A stretch of 33,279 nt of DNA from Prasinococcaceae sp. CCMP 1430 (GCA_013416795.1 RQSC01001009.1:4500-37778); one strand, 5' to 3'. Positions 17,846-29,298 are shown, counted from the first letter of the stretch. A program made the numbers and translations. The notes: generated from the sequence alone by a model not told the origin.

Positions 17846-20800
17846 ATGGCGGCCGGGCGCGCGTCGGCGTCGCTCTGGATGAACGCCGCGGCGGCGGTCC
17901 TCGTCGCCAGCATGCACGCACTGGCCTGGTCCGACGCAGCCTCGGCGCCGGCGACCAAGGCGCTGCTGTGGGGCTGGGGGGTCTCGGGCTGGCAGCCATC
18001 CAACGGCGGCGAGTACGGGTGCGGCCCCTCCGATCGCAAGGACTGCCAAGGTCGGTGCCTGGGCGCCTTTTACGTCGATTTCTGGACGGGCGACGGCGTC
18101 TGCGACGACGGCTGGTTCCTGCCGGGCGGGCTGGGCGCTGACCTGTCCTGCGAGCAGTTCGGCCGGGATGGCGGCGACTGCCCGGCGCCGAGCGACTTCG
18201 AGGCGAGCCTCCCGCAGGTTCCGTCGCCGTTCGTGCGCTTCCCGCTGCGCGAGGACAAGAACGCGCCACCGAACGCCATCTGGTCGTCCGAAGGGGCGGC
18301 GGGGACCTACAAGGGCACGCTTGCGAACGCCGAGTGGCAGTTCGACTACCTGCTTAATGCGAACGTCCTGCACTGCACCAAGGCGGAGGGCGACGAGGCC
18401 TTCCTCGACGACATCCCGTACGGCGGTGGCCAGGCCGGCTTCGCCATCTCCTTCTGGTTGCGTAACACGCCCGACAAGCCGGGCAGCTACTTCGAGTACC
18501 TGTTCTCGCACGGCCTCGAGCAGCCCGACCTGTGGGCGCCGAACAACATCAACATTTTCATGCCCGAGAACGGCCACCCCGCACGCGGCATCGTGCGCAC
18601 GATTCTCAAGGACTTCAACGACAATTCCTCCAGGTGGTACTATTTGGACACGGACGGCCTCGCCAACGTCAACACGCCCCGGGATCTGCATGGGCACCCC
18701 ACCCTGGATGACGGCCGCTGGCACCACTACGTGGTCGCCGTGACGGGGCCCCAGGGCTCCAAGGGCGACAAAAAGGGCTACCGCGTGTACCTGGATGGGA
18801 AGCTGTCAGCCGTCGCACGCGGCGGGCCCGGGCACGAGGCGTCCGGCGGCGACCCCGTTGACCCCAAGGGCCTGATCCACCTGTGCGGGAGAGCCGACAA
18901 CGACCCCTTCAGGCACTACGGAGGCTACCTGACGGAGATGGCGTTCTACAACCAGTACCTCAGCGGTAAGGAGGTGTACGCGCTGTGGAACGCGCAGTAC
19001 CAAGTCCTCTTCGCGTCGAGCTCGCCCGCCAAGAGCGCCGCCGAGGGCGCGGCCGGGAGCGGAGGCGACGTGCCGCCGCCGACCTGCGAGGAACTCATGA
19101 CTCAGACCGACTGCAACGGCGCGTGCTTCGGGGACGTGTACCTCGGCTGGGTTGAGGACAAGGTCTGCGACGATGGCTTCTACGGCCGCACGGACAACGG
19201 CGGTCTGGACATGTCGTGCCACGCGTGGCTATTCGACGGGGGCGACTGCAACGGCGAGGCCGACCCCATCGCGGGCCAGTTTGTGCCTGCGCCGAAGGCG
19301 AACTTCAAATTCAACGACGGCGCAGGCACCGAGGTGAAGAGCGCTGACGGCAAGCTCACGGGACACACCGACGGCGCACAGTGGGTCCACGACGACGCTT
19401 TCGGCGAGTACGTTCTGCAGTGTACAAAAGAGAAGAGCAACAGCATCACCCTTCCCGACATTGCGTATGGCAAGGATCACAACCACGGGGGCTTCACAGT
19501 GAGCTTCTGGTTCAAGAACCCGAGCTCGCCCGGCTTCCTCTTCGAGTACATCTACTCGCACGGCCAGGATGTGCAACGCTGGGCGAGAGATAATCTGCAC
19601 GTGTATCTTCCGGAGGAGTCGCACCCGGCCTCGGGCGTGGTGCGCACCATCATCAAGGACGAGGACGACGACAGCGAGTCCGAATACTACCTGGACAGCG
19701 ATGGCGAAATTAACAACAACTCGCCGCGTGCGCTGCCGGGACAGGTCGACGTGAACGATGGCGAGTGGCACCTGTACACGCTCAGCGCCGGGAAGAGCGT
19801 GCGCCCGCCCACCGGCGGCCCCAGCCTCCCGGGTGCCACGACCGGGGGGTTCAGCGTGTATATCGACGGGCGCTTTGCCGGTCACGGCGTCAACGGCGGC
19901 GACGATTTCAACCCGAGCGGCAACATTCACATCTGCGGGCGCTCCGACGACGCCCCCGAGCGCAACTTTGGAGGCATGGTCGCGGACGTCGCAATCTACG
20001 ACCAGCCGCTGACCGGCCTGCAGATCCTGGGTCTCATGGCGAAGAATTGCCCGACCACATCGTGGGGGCCGTGCTCGAAGCCATGTCAGGACGCCGACGG
20101 GCCGGGCACGCGCTCCCGCTCGTACGCGGACGGCGCCAGAGCGAACCTACCGTGGTGCAAGGGGGTGCCGCTCACGCAGACCTGCAACGCGCAGGTGTGC
20201 GGTGAAGGCCCCGGTCCCCAGCCCCAGCCCCAGCCCCAGCCCAAACCACAGCCCAAGCCGCAGCCCAAGCCGCAGCCCAAACCGCAGCCCAAGCCGCAGC
20301 CGAAACCAAAGCCCGCCACGCCCTCCCCGCCCGCGTCCAAGGGCGGCGGTGAAGCTGCCAGCGCGGAAAGCGAATCGCCGTCACTGCATGGCGGTCACAT
20401 TGCCGCAATCACTGCGACGGCTGTCGTCGTAGTGGCAGCGGTAGCTGCCGGCGTGTTCCTCTTCATGCGAGGTCGACCCGCCCCCGACCGGCGAACCGAC
20501 CTGTACAGGCGCGTGGCCGACCTGGAGGCCGAAGGCGAGTTGGACTTTGGCACCGACGCGGACACCCACACGCACGGCACCTACCGTGCGCCCGAAGAAC
20601 CGGATAGCCTCGACGACGCCGAGGAGGTGCTGGGGACCCCGGCGGCTGCGGGGCTGTCCCGGCTGCCCCACACCTCTTCCGCAGTTGCGGTGCGCATCGG
20701 CGGTGGCGACGCTGGCGCGCGCACTGCGGCCGTCGCTGGCAGCACTGCCGCCTCGCCCACTGAAATGCCCACCGAGTCGCCCACCCTGGCCAGCGTGACC

Positions 20801-20866
20801 CCCGTGGGATCCGCCGGCACCGACACGAGTGACGAGTCCCCACGCGACGACCACCCGTTGCTGTGA
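17846..20866 (+). CDS. Type I membrane protein: signal peptide, 2x[LNR/Notch-like Cys module + LamG/concanavalin A-like domain], TSP1 repeat, (PQ/PK)n stalk, TM helix, acidic cytoplasmic tail; ~1006 aa
   Basis: C...C.....W.GDGVCDDG...C....DGGDC occurs twice. LamG motifs F.ISFW, DDGRWHHYVV, YRVY.DG and F.G..D.A.Y...L occur twice. TSP1 WGPCSKPC...G.R.R...C....C. Hydrophobic helix IAAITATAVVVVAAVAAGVFLFM. Confidence 0.85.
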   Translation: MAAGRASASLWMNAAAAVLVASMHALAWSDAASAPATKALLWGWGVSGWQPSNGGEYGCGPSDRKDCQGRCLGAFYVDFWTGDGVCDDGWFLPGGLGADLSCEQFGRDGGDCPAPSDFEASLPQVPSPFVRFPLREDKNAPPNAIWSSEGAAGTYKGTLANAEWQFDYLLNANVLHCTKAEGDEAFLDDIPYGGGQAGFAISFWLRNTPDKPGSYFEYLFSHGLEQPDLWAPNNINIFMPENGHPARGIVRTILKDFNDNSSRWYYLDTDGLANVNTPRDLHGHPTLDDGRWHHYVVAVTGPQGSKGDKKGYRVYLDGKLSAVARGGPGHEASGGDPVDPKGLIHLCGRADNDPFRHYGGYLTEMAFYNQYLSGKEVYALWNAQYQVLFASSSPAKSAAEGAAGSGGDVPPPTCEELMTQTDCNGACFGDVYLGWVEDKVCDDGFYGRTDNGGLDMSCHAWLFDGGDCNGEADPIAGQFVPAPKANFKFNDGAGTEVKSADGKLTGHTDGAQWVHDDAFGEYVLQCTKEKSNSITLPDIAYGKDHNHGGFTVSFWFKNPSSPGFLFEYIYSHGQDVQRWARDNLHVYLPEESHPASGVVRTIIKDEDDDSESEYYLDSDGEINNNSPRALPGQVDVNDGEWHLYTLSAGKSVRPPTGGPSLPGATTGGFSVYIDGRFAGHGVNGGDDFNPSGNIHICGRSDDAPERNFGGMVADVAIYDQPLTGLQILGLMAKNCPTTSWGPCSKPCQDADGPGTRSRSYADGARANLPWCKGVPLTQTCNAQVCGEGPGPQPQPQPQPKPQPKPQPKPQPKPQPKPQPKPKPATPSPPASKGGGEAASAESESPSLHGGHIAAITATAVVVVAAVAAGVFLFMRGRPAPDRRTDLYRRVADLEAEGELDFGTDADTHTHGTYRAPEEPDSLDDAEEVLGTPAAAGLSRLPHTSSAVAVRIGGGDAGARTAAVAGSTAASPTEMPTESPTLASVTPVGSAGTDTSDESPRDDHPLL
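20216..20314 (+). repeat. Coding tandem repeat (PQ)n(PQPK)n, extensin-like stalk
   Basis: ccccag and ccgcagcccaag units repeated in frame. Confidence 0.95.
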
Positions 20867-20955
20867 CGACGCCACCAAACAAAGGTAGTCTAGTGGATGC
20901 GCTCGAACGCCAATTTCGCTGCAGGTTACAAGTTGCATGATCTAGAGGGCCGAAA

Positions 20956-20972
20956 AGAGAGAGAGAGAGAGA
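20956..20972. repeat. (GA)n microsatellite in a convergent 3' region
   Basis: agagagagagagagagag run. Confidence 0.85.
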
Positions 20973-21378
20973 GGGAAAGAGACGGCATACACGGGCAACA
21001 GCGAGCCCACCAGGAGAGAGCGCACCATGACGACCGCCAGTCGCTTTTTGACGCGACCGCGTGCCAATTCTGGCAGCGCGCGCCCACGACGGCACGCCCG
21101 ACGGGGAGGCCAACGTAGGATGAAATCTCAGGCCTCAATAGCGAGGCAAGACGAGGATGCCTGCACCTTATTGTCTATGGCACGCCTGTTACGGCGCGCA
21201 CAAAACAAGCACTCGCACGCCCACGCGTCGCACACAAGCTGCGCGCGCTGCTTCTTCACACACACGTCCGCTGCCGTGATCGGCGGCGATGGGTCGCCGT
21301 CACAGCATCGACGACGAGCCAAGAGGGAGGTAAGAATTTCTGTTTATTTGGCACACATGGCTCAAGGCGCCGAGGCGC

Positions 21379-22501
21379 TCAGGCAGAGTGGGGACGTGTC
21401 AAGAGCGACGCAAACGTGGGGCCATGACCACCTGATGCATCAGGCATGACCACCCACCCATGCTCTCGCCTCTCCGCCCGCAGCGCCTGGGCGAGAGCCT
21501 GCGGGAGCGGGCGCCGTGCGTCAGCGTGCGACAAGCACCCGCGCCTCACGTAGACGCGCACAGGCGGCAGAGCGCTCGCGCACCTGCGCATCATCGCCGA
21601 GCGTGTCGACAGCGCGCGCCCCGTCACGTCGACGCCGTCTGAGCAGTTTTGTGACCACCCCATCATTCTCCACATCATTGATTGAGCATGTGGAGTACAC
21701 CATTCTGCCGCCCGGCCGCAGCGCATCGAAAGCCGCAAGAGCCATCGACAGCTGCGTCTCCGCGTTTCTCCTTGCTCGGCTGGTGCTCCACTGATCCCTG
21801 CGCACGCGCGCGGCACCGCCCGCCTGCCGCACTACGTGGGCCTCGGACGAGCACGGCGCGTCGACCAGAACAGCGTCGAAGCCCGCGCCTGCGCGCTCGA
21901 AGCCGAAGTCCTCCGGCGAGGGCCGCCACCTCCGCGCGTCGCGTCGCGCGAACCTCACGTCCACGTCCACACCGTGGTCGGCGCGCGGTCCGTGCTCTAG
22001 CAGCACACGCCGCAAGCGCGCGGCGCGTGATGCGCTGACGTCGTTGCACACAAGCAGCTGCTGCTCGATCCCACCCACGCGCTCGTACTGCTCGCCCTGG
22101 GGCGCGCCTGCCCCGCGCTCCGCGAGCATGTGAGCGAGCACCAGCGACTTGCCTCCCGGTGCCGCGCACATGTCCAGAACAGCGCGGTCGGTGGAAGACA
22201 CACCCAGCAGCACCGGCGGGAGCAGCGAGGCGCCGTCGAGCAGATACGACTGCCTGCCGCTCTCGCCGGCGGCGCTGGCGCCCGACGCGGAGGCGGCAGG
22301 CTGCAGCGCGGCGAGCGGCTGCGGCAGTGGCAGCACAGACGCGCGCGCATCGCCCGCCGGACAGGCTGGCCCGCGCCGCGCGAGCTCCACCTTGCGCCCC
22401 GGCGCCTCGAGCGCCTCACGCAGCGCTGGCCAGCGCGCCCCGAACACCGCTGCGAAGTGCTCCTCGAGGCTCACCGCCATCCCCCTTCCCGCTGCCCGCA
22501 T
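21379..22501 (-). CDS. NOL1/NOP2/Sun (NSUN3/NSUN4-like) RNA m5C methyltransferase; exons 22501 (or 22480)-21584, 21498-21379
   Basis: HFAAVFGARWPALREAL, YLLDGASLLP, VLDMCAAPGGKS, FDAVLVDAPCS (motif IV Cys), VYSTCS..ENDGVV (motif VI Cys) and the spliced ending GWVVMPD..GHGPTF. Intron 21499-21583 is GTGCGC..GCTGAC..CGCAG. Confidence 0.9.
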
Positions 22502-22836
22502 CGCTCCTGAGGTGATGGAAGGGGCGCGCCGGCGCGGCGCGCGTGCCCGCGCGCGGCGCCTCCCCGCCAAGCGCGCGAAGGTGCTGGGACGCGCGACCCG
22601 CGCACGCGCGGCGGACACGGCGCGGCGACGGCGCGAGCGTGCACTCGAAGGGCTGTGAGCCTGTGGGGAGGCGCCCCCCCTCATCCCGAGCTCCCTCACA
22701 GGTGCGACCGTGTGGCGCCCACTCGCTCGCGCGCGCGAAAACACCCGCTGCACCACTCGCACGCACCGCGCGCGGCCGAAGCGGTGCCGGGAAAACGCGC
22801 GACTGTCAGAAAGGTGTGATTTGATCATGCGAATTC

Positions 22837-25800
22837 TCAGCCTTCTTTTTGGCCTGCCTCCGTAGCTATCGTCATATTGTGCGGCAGCAGCGCGATGCCA
22901 ACCACGCACTCCTGCCACGAGCTCTGCCTGTTGTGGATGGCCTTCTCCTCGCAGTACTGCGTGAGGTCGCAGCAGAGCGCGTAGCCATCAACAGCGATGA
23001 AGGGCGGCATGTAGCCCGTGCGCGCGCGCCCGACCATCTGGTAGTATGCGAGCCTGCCCACGGAGCTGCTCCCGGGCGAGCCCACGAACATGTCCGCACG
23101 CGCGAGAAGCTCAACGTCGGCGGCGATGGAGAGGCTCGCGTGCTGGTCCAGTGCTTCCACGTCCCGAAACTCCATCCACACGCCATCCTTTCGCGCGAGT
23201 TGCTCGCGAGGGAAATCCAGGTACGTCCACTCGAAGCGCGGGTCCGTGACGAGCTCCTCGAGCGCGGGCACGTCGTCCGTCGCAACGAACACACGGGTGA
23301 CGCCGTAGGCGGCCTGCAATTCGAGCAGCGCGTCGAGGTAGACCTGCACCGAGTAGCACTTGCGCCCATTCTTGCGCAGGCCATCGGCAAACATGTGGTT
23401 GCGCGGGCCGCGCTCGTCTCGCAGGTTGTCCTCGCCCTGGTCGCACGCATCGCCGCGGCGAATGTGCACGGACGCAGTCGGTCCGGCCCCGTCGCCACCA
23501 TCCGCGCTACTCCCGTCGCGACGCGGGATGCGCCGCAGGTGCTGCGCGGCGTACTCCATCACGCGCGCGTTGGGGCGCGCTACCAGCTCAGCAGACATGG
23601 CGGCAGCGGCATACATAGTGAGCTTGCCGTGCTCGGCCTCCCCCGCCGCAATGGCGTCGAACAGCTCCTGCGCGCGCTGTGCGGGCACGTCGAGCGCGCC
23701 CGGAGGTGCAGACAGCAGGGTCCGGTCCTCGTCTCGGACCGGCCGCTCCGGCGGGTCGTAGAAGCAGTAGTACCCCCATCGCTCCCCGTCGTGGGCTTTC
23801 GCAAACTCGAGCGCCTCGGGCGTGTTGCAGTCATCCATGCGCTCTGTCCAGCGCCACTGCTTCTCCTGGGCAGCCGCTGCGGGGACAGCACGCAGGCCGC
23901 GCTCGTGGGTGAGGCCCCACACACCGTGTGCCACAACGCGCAGCACCGTCTTGCCCATGGTGAGCTGCTCCCAGTTCACGATGTCAACGGAGGTACGCTT
24001 CTCGGGCCACCGGCCGCCGGGCACCGTGTCGCGAGCCAGCCTGCGCATCGACGCCCAGAAGCGCGCCTGGCAGCCGGTGCGCCGCTCGGCCCCGAGTTGC
24101 GACAGGAAGTTCTCCGCGGGCGGCAGATACGACAGGGAACTGTCGAGGCGCACTTCGCACGAGTCGCCCGTGTAGCCGTAGGGGCACCGACGCAGCGTCG
24201 TTGCGATGGGCACGTCATCGTCGCGGCACGTCGCACCGTCAGCGCCTTCTGGGATCGGCACGGACAGCGGGAACAAACGCCGACCGTCGGCCTGTTGATC
24301 CCCTGCATCGGTGCCACTGGCACCAGCACCCGCACTCGCTCCAAAGCTTCCTACTGCCTTGGTACTCTCGGCCCATGCCGGCCTCAACTGGTCGGCGGCG
24401 CCGTCGCCCTCCAGCTGCAGGTCGATGTGGTCCTCATGCAAGTTGAGGTTGTACCAGATGGCGAACTCAGAGAGCGCCGAGGAGCTCTTGAGCAGGAAGT
24501 CGCAATGAGATAGAACAAGCGCATCCACGAGCGCCTCGGCCGCTTTCGCCCGGGCGCCGGCGGCCGTGCCCAACACTCTCCGCCAGTCAACGTCTTTCTC
24601 GTCAGTGGAAGCGCCCTCCCGCAGGTGCATAGGAGTGTGCTCCTCGCGCTCACCGACGTTCGCGATGTTGGCCGACCCCACGGCGGCAATGAACTCACGG
24701 TACATGCTCGGGTCATCAGTCGCCACAAAGACCTTGGAGCCAGGGTGGGCGTTGAGGTACTTGGTCGCGAGCTCAGCAAAGGGCAGCACCTCCACCCGGG
24801 GATGCACGGTCTTGTCGGTGCCGCGCAGGTGCACTCCGAGCAGCTTCGCCCCCCGGTTTGCCTTGGTATCCACGCGCTCATACATCGCACGCACGCGCTG
24901 AGAGACGACCTCCAGCACCTCCGGACGAGGGCGGAGCCACTGGTGAACCAAGCGGTTGGCAAGTGCTCTCACACGAAGGCGATGCGCAGCGTCGTACGAG
25001 TGAAAGTCAAAGTACGCCGAAACAGGCGGCGAGAGCTCTCCATAGCTGTACAGGTCCATGACGTGCACCACTCGCACCTCGCGCACAGGAGCAATCACGC
25101 CACCGACAGCAACGGTCTCGTCGCCTAGACGGTACGTGCTGACGGGCTCGAAGAGATACTCCCACACCGATGGGCCGACGGCAGCCGAGTGATACGCGTT
25201 TGGGCCCACGTCGCAAGAATCGTGTGGAGCCCAGGCAAAGGCACCGAGGTGCACCGCGGGAACGTATCCCTTGGCCGCAGCGAAGCGCAGCTGGTTGAGC
25301 ACGCGCTCAATCTGTGCAAAGAGCCCATGGTTCGTGTGGTCGCTCACCGAGAGCAACACAGTCACCGGCTTGGCTTTCGGGGATGCAGGCGGCGCTCCGA
25401 TGTCGTGCTGGTCGCGGCGCAAGACTTGTTGACCCCCTCGCGCGTCGCACTGTAGCACGTTGTACGGGGCGTTCGGCGCCTCTGCAGGGCAGCGCGCGCA
25501 CTCCACGCTGGTCGCGGCGGCGAAGGCCTCGCGTGCGTTGCCTCTATAGCCGTCGCACAGCGCTAGAGGGGCACCCATGGCATCGACCGCGGCGTCCGGG
25601 GCGAGCTTGTTCACCATGCCCTCGTGTGGGCGCTCCGATGTCAGCGGATCCACACGATACCACACACACGAGCCTTCGCGCACGGCATCTGCCAACATGC
25701 GCGCTTCAGGCCGGGTGCGCGCGAACGAATCGGCGGCCGACATCTCAGCGGCCGACCTGACGCGATTGGCTATGTTTGACACGATGGGGCCAAAGGTGTC

Positions 25801-28800
25801 GGCACCTTCCCTGTCCTCGTGCTCGAGGCAGCGGCGAGGCCACAGCGAGCGCCAGAGCAGCGAGGGGCGCACGTGGCTCAGTAGCGCTCTGCGTGCGGCA
25901 CCGAGCTCGAGCTGGAGAAGGAGGAGGAAGGCAAAAGAGGGGGGTGGGGCAGCGGCGGAACGAGAGTGTGTCATGAACATGCGAGGGTCAGCCGCACGGC
26001 GCTTGGGCGCGCTTGCACGGCAGACAATCGGAATGCGCGGGCGACTTCCATGATCCAGTGAATTCGCACCTTGGTGTACGTGTCCATCACCGCCTCCAGC
26101 CACCGCACTGACGGCGGCGGCAAACGCACTGACGACGCACCCCACTGCAGCGAGGGGCGTAACGACTGATCGGCGACGAGGAACTTGGTGAAGACAGGCA
26201 GGCATCCAACTGCCGCAGATGGCACATCTCTCTGACCGTAGTTGCCCGTCTTGCCCAGCGGCACCATACAGAAGTCACTCTTCGACATCTCCGTCAGGGA
26301 GTCTATTGGCTCAGAGACCTCCCACTTGTGCACCATGCTGAGCTCCTTCTCCGTCTGCACCATTTTGAAGCCCGTCTTGTTGCGCAGGTGCATGTACGCT
26401 TCGTACCTGCTGGGCTCAATGTTGGCCTTGGTGTTGATTGCCCCTGAGAAGAACATGCGATTGGTCCTCGGAGCGCCCTCGAAGTATTCGTTTTGCGCCT
26501 CCATGTCCAGCTCAAGCTTTGGCAGCTTGCGCAAACACGGAATGCCCTCTTGCATCGCATGCTTCTCGGCACTGTACGGATTGACGCCGTCCTGGACTCC
26601 CACGAAAGCTGGCACCATCATGTCCACGCCTGGCCAGTACAGGACCCTGGCAACGGCACGATACGGCACGTCGCAAAAAACATATCATGCGCGTGTCAGT
26701 CGCTCGGCAAACACACGTGCACACTCACCCCCACACAGCCTCGTGCTCTGCTGGCAGCAGTCTACGCTGCACTCAGCGCCGCACGCACCTCGGATCGAAG
26801 GTCTGGTCGGGTTGGAACGGCATGAGGTGGTCCGCGACGCCCGACAGCTGGAGCGAGCCGAACGGGCGATACGGGCTCAGTGGATGCAACTCGTCCCAGC
26901 GCTCGGCCTCGGTCTCTCTGAGGCGTCCAGATTCGACGTCCAACCTGTGCGCCGCCGCGATCTTGTGCGCCCGCCATGGCAAGGTATCCGTCCCGAACCA
27001 CATGTGCATGGAAGATCGCCAGATGGACGACCAGCCGTCCTCGTTGGGCGTGAGGATGTAGTGATTTGGCGGTGCGCGCGGGGCGTACACATCGCCCGCA
27101 TGCGAGCTGTTGTTCGCTCGCGCCGCATCGACGTACGCGTTCCAGTGGGGGAATTCTGAGCGCACCCAGCGCATCGCGGGCAAAACGGTGTTTTCCTCTG
27201 TACAGCCGTACACCCAGAATGCCTGCGCCTTGGCCGGGTCGGCCACCACATACTTGCTGCGCATCAGGCGTTCGCCCAGGCGTTCGGGCAGCGACCACGA
27301 GTAGCACGCACGGCGCAGCAGAGGGGGGATCTCGTATACATATACGGAGAGTCGATGGCCTCCGTCGCCCTCCCGCGCCTCAGGGGGGTGGTTTTCGCTG
27401 AGCATACTGCCGTCGAGCCCGCAGTCGAGCCCCCACCTGCCAGGCGGGCACCGACAGAAACCGTAGCTGCAATAGCCGTGGCCCTGACAGTTGTTGGGGC
27501 ACGCATCCAAGGGTGGCTGGTGCCAGTGTCTGGATTCCAGAAGGTCCCTCCACAGGTCCGGGCCGAGGATATTGCCCGCGCCTCTCAACAGCTTTGCGTG
27601 CTGCACAGCGATGTCGACGCCGCTACGTACGTCCGGAACGGGGTGGTAGCCTTCCGCCTCGCGGTCGGCGATGATCTCAGATTCGACGACGTTGCGCGCG
27701 ACGGGAGATTCGGGGATGACGCACGTGGCCTCAGTGAAGCCATCGCGCGCGAGCATCGCGGAGAAACATCGGCACTCATATCCGAGCGAGGTCGAGCGCG
27801 GCTTCTCGCCGCTTGAATCACTGCGCTCGTCGGTCACGCGCGCGCACCATCCGCCTGAGCCACACCGGCCGTCGCACAGGTCTGCGCGCACGGCTGTGAT
27901 GGCAGCCACGCGCTCGGAGATGCCGCTGGGTGGTGCCGGGAGGCGCGCGAGCAGGTCACGCAGATCTCCCTCCCCCGCTCTGTCCATACCGCCGCCGCGC
28001 ACCCTCACACTCATTCTGCGGTTCACCCATTTGCCGCTCGCGATCGCCGCGTAGTCTTCGACCGAGAGCGCGCCGGGCGGCAGCAGCTCGGGCTGCGAAG
28101 TCGGACCGCCCTTGATCCAGCTCGCGAGCGGGACGTAGCGCAGCGCGGACAAGGGCGGGGAGCCGTCTCGTGAAATGGACGCCACAGTGAGGGTGTCCTC
28201 GCCCGCTGCGTCCACGTAACACAAAACGCCCTGTACCCTCACGAGGTGCGGCTCGATCTCCGGAGGCAGAGGCAAGAAGTACGGCTCGTCGGCACGGCTG
28301 AAGAGGCGCGCCGCCTGGGCAACGCAGGAGCATGGCAGCGCGCCGAGCCAACGTAGCGGCGGATGGTGACCGCCAGGGGCTGGCTCACCAACGCGCCCGT
28401 CCTCGGTGCCGAAGAGCTCCTGCAAGAGCAGGAAATTCACGCGGCCGTCGTTGGGCGACTCGTTGGCCTCCCACATCGCCATGGAAGCCAGCAGCGAGAG
28501 GTTGATGGGCTCGTCGGCGGCGCCTACCCCTGCAGGAGCTTCGCACGCGGGCAGCATGGGGACGTCACACGCGTTCCCACGCCACGGCGGCGAGCACGTG
28601 CACTTGCGGCGCAGTTCATCGCACGTGCCCCGCCCGCTGCACGCCGCGGGGCACGGTGACACATTCATGGCGGGCCCGGTGGGTGCTCGTTTGCGTTCAC
28701 GTTCGTTCTGCCGGTGCTGCCGGTGGTGCGCTTGGGTCTGCTCCTGCTTCCTGGGCGGCGGCAGCAGCCTTCTCGGAGCCGGCGCTGGGCTGCCGTCGCT

Positions 28801-29106
28801 CGTGGTATGATCGCTGCCCAACACGCCGGCAGGCAAGGGCGCTGCGCGGCGCGTGGCATCGAGCGTGGCGAATGCGGGCTGGCCCCGCGCCCGCTCCAGC
28901 TCCCCTACCGCCTTGCCGCTGCCAAGGCCCGCCACCATGACCTTCCCCCTCTCGAAGTGCCATCTCGCCGCCGCCACCGCGGACCCCCCCCCGATGCCGA
29001 GCTTCACGCGCCCAGCCTCGAGCGCCGCGAACAGGCACAGCAGCACCGCGGCCAGCGCGCCGCGCCGCGCGAGACCCCCCTGGTGCCTGCCCCCCTGGCC
29101 AGCCAT
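22837..29106 (-). CDS. Giant multi-domain glycosyltransferase: type II anchor, EGF-like repeats, GT47 (exostosin), GT23/NodZ-like, EGF-like, GT23/FUT8-like; exons 29106-26789, 26646-26070, 25911-22837; ~1989 aa
   Basis: GT47 motifs VYVYEIP, DPAKAQAFWV and FCMVPLG...GCLPV; the GT47 ending LLWRSLW...DTF..I lies in the same ORF as two fucosyltransferase motif sets: GVHLRGTDK/VFVATDD/DALVLSHCDFL and VHIRRGD/VFVATDD/DVELLARADMFVG..SS.VGRLAY. Introns 26647-26788 (phase 2) and 25912-26069 (phase 0) have GTGCG donors, CTGAC branch points and CAG acceptors. Exon lengths 2318+577+3075=5970 nt. Confidence 0.85.
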
Positions 29107-29178
29107 TCCATCGCCGCCCGCGCTGCCCGCGCCGCCGCGCACCCCTCTCCGTTAGGGTATCACCGCCTGCTCCACGCC

Positions 29179-29180
<2 letters not shown>

Positions 29181-29219
<39 letters not shown>
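29181..29219. repeat. Poly-G39 tract in a divergent promoter
   Basis: Homopolymer seen directly; its exact length may be a sequencing artefact. Confidence 0.9.
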
Positions 29220-29223
<4 letters not shown>

Positions 29224-29298
29224 CTGCGAGGGGCGCCCCGCTCGTGCGCGGTCTGGCGCCCCGGGCCTGCGAATTGTGCTGCAGCAGGGACATGCATA

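Noticed and set aside
22502-22836. Polycistronic link between the glycosyltransferase and NSUN genes
   Set aside because: The 335-nt spacer contains promoter-like CGCG/A-tract sequence, and nothing in the sequence indicates co-transcription.
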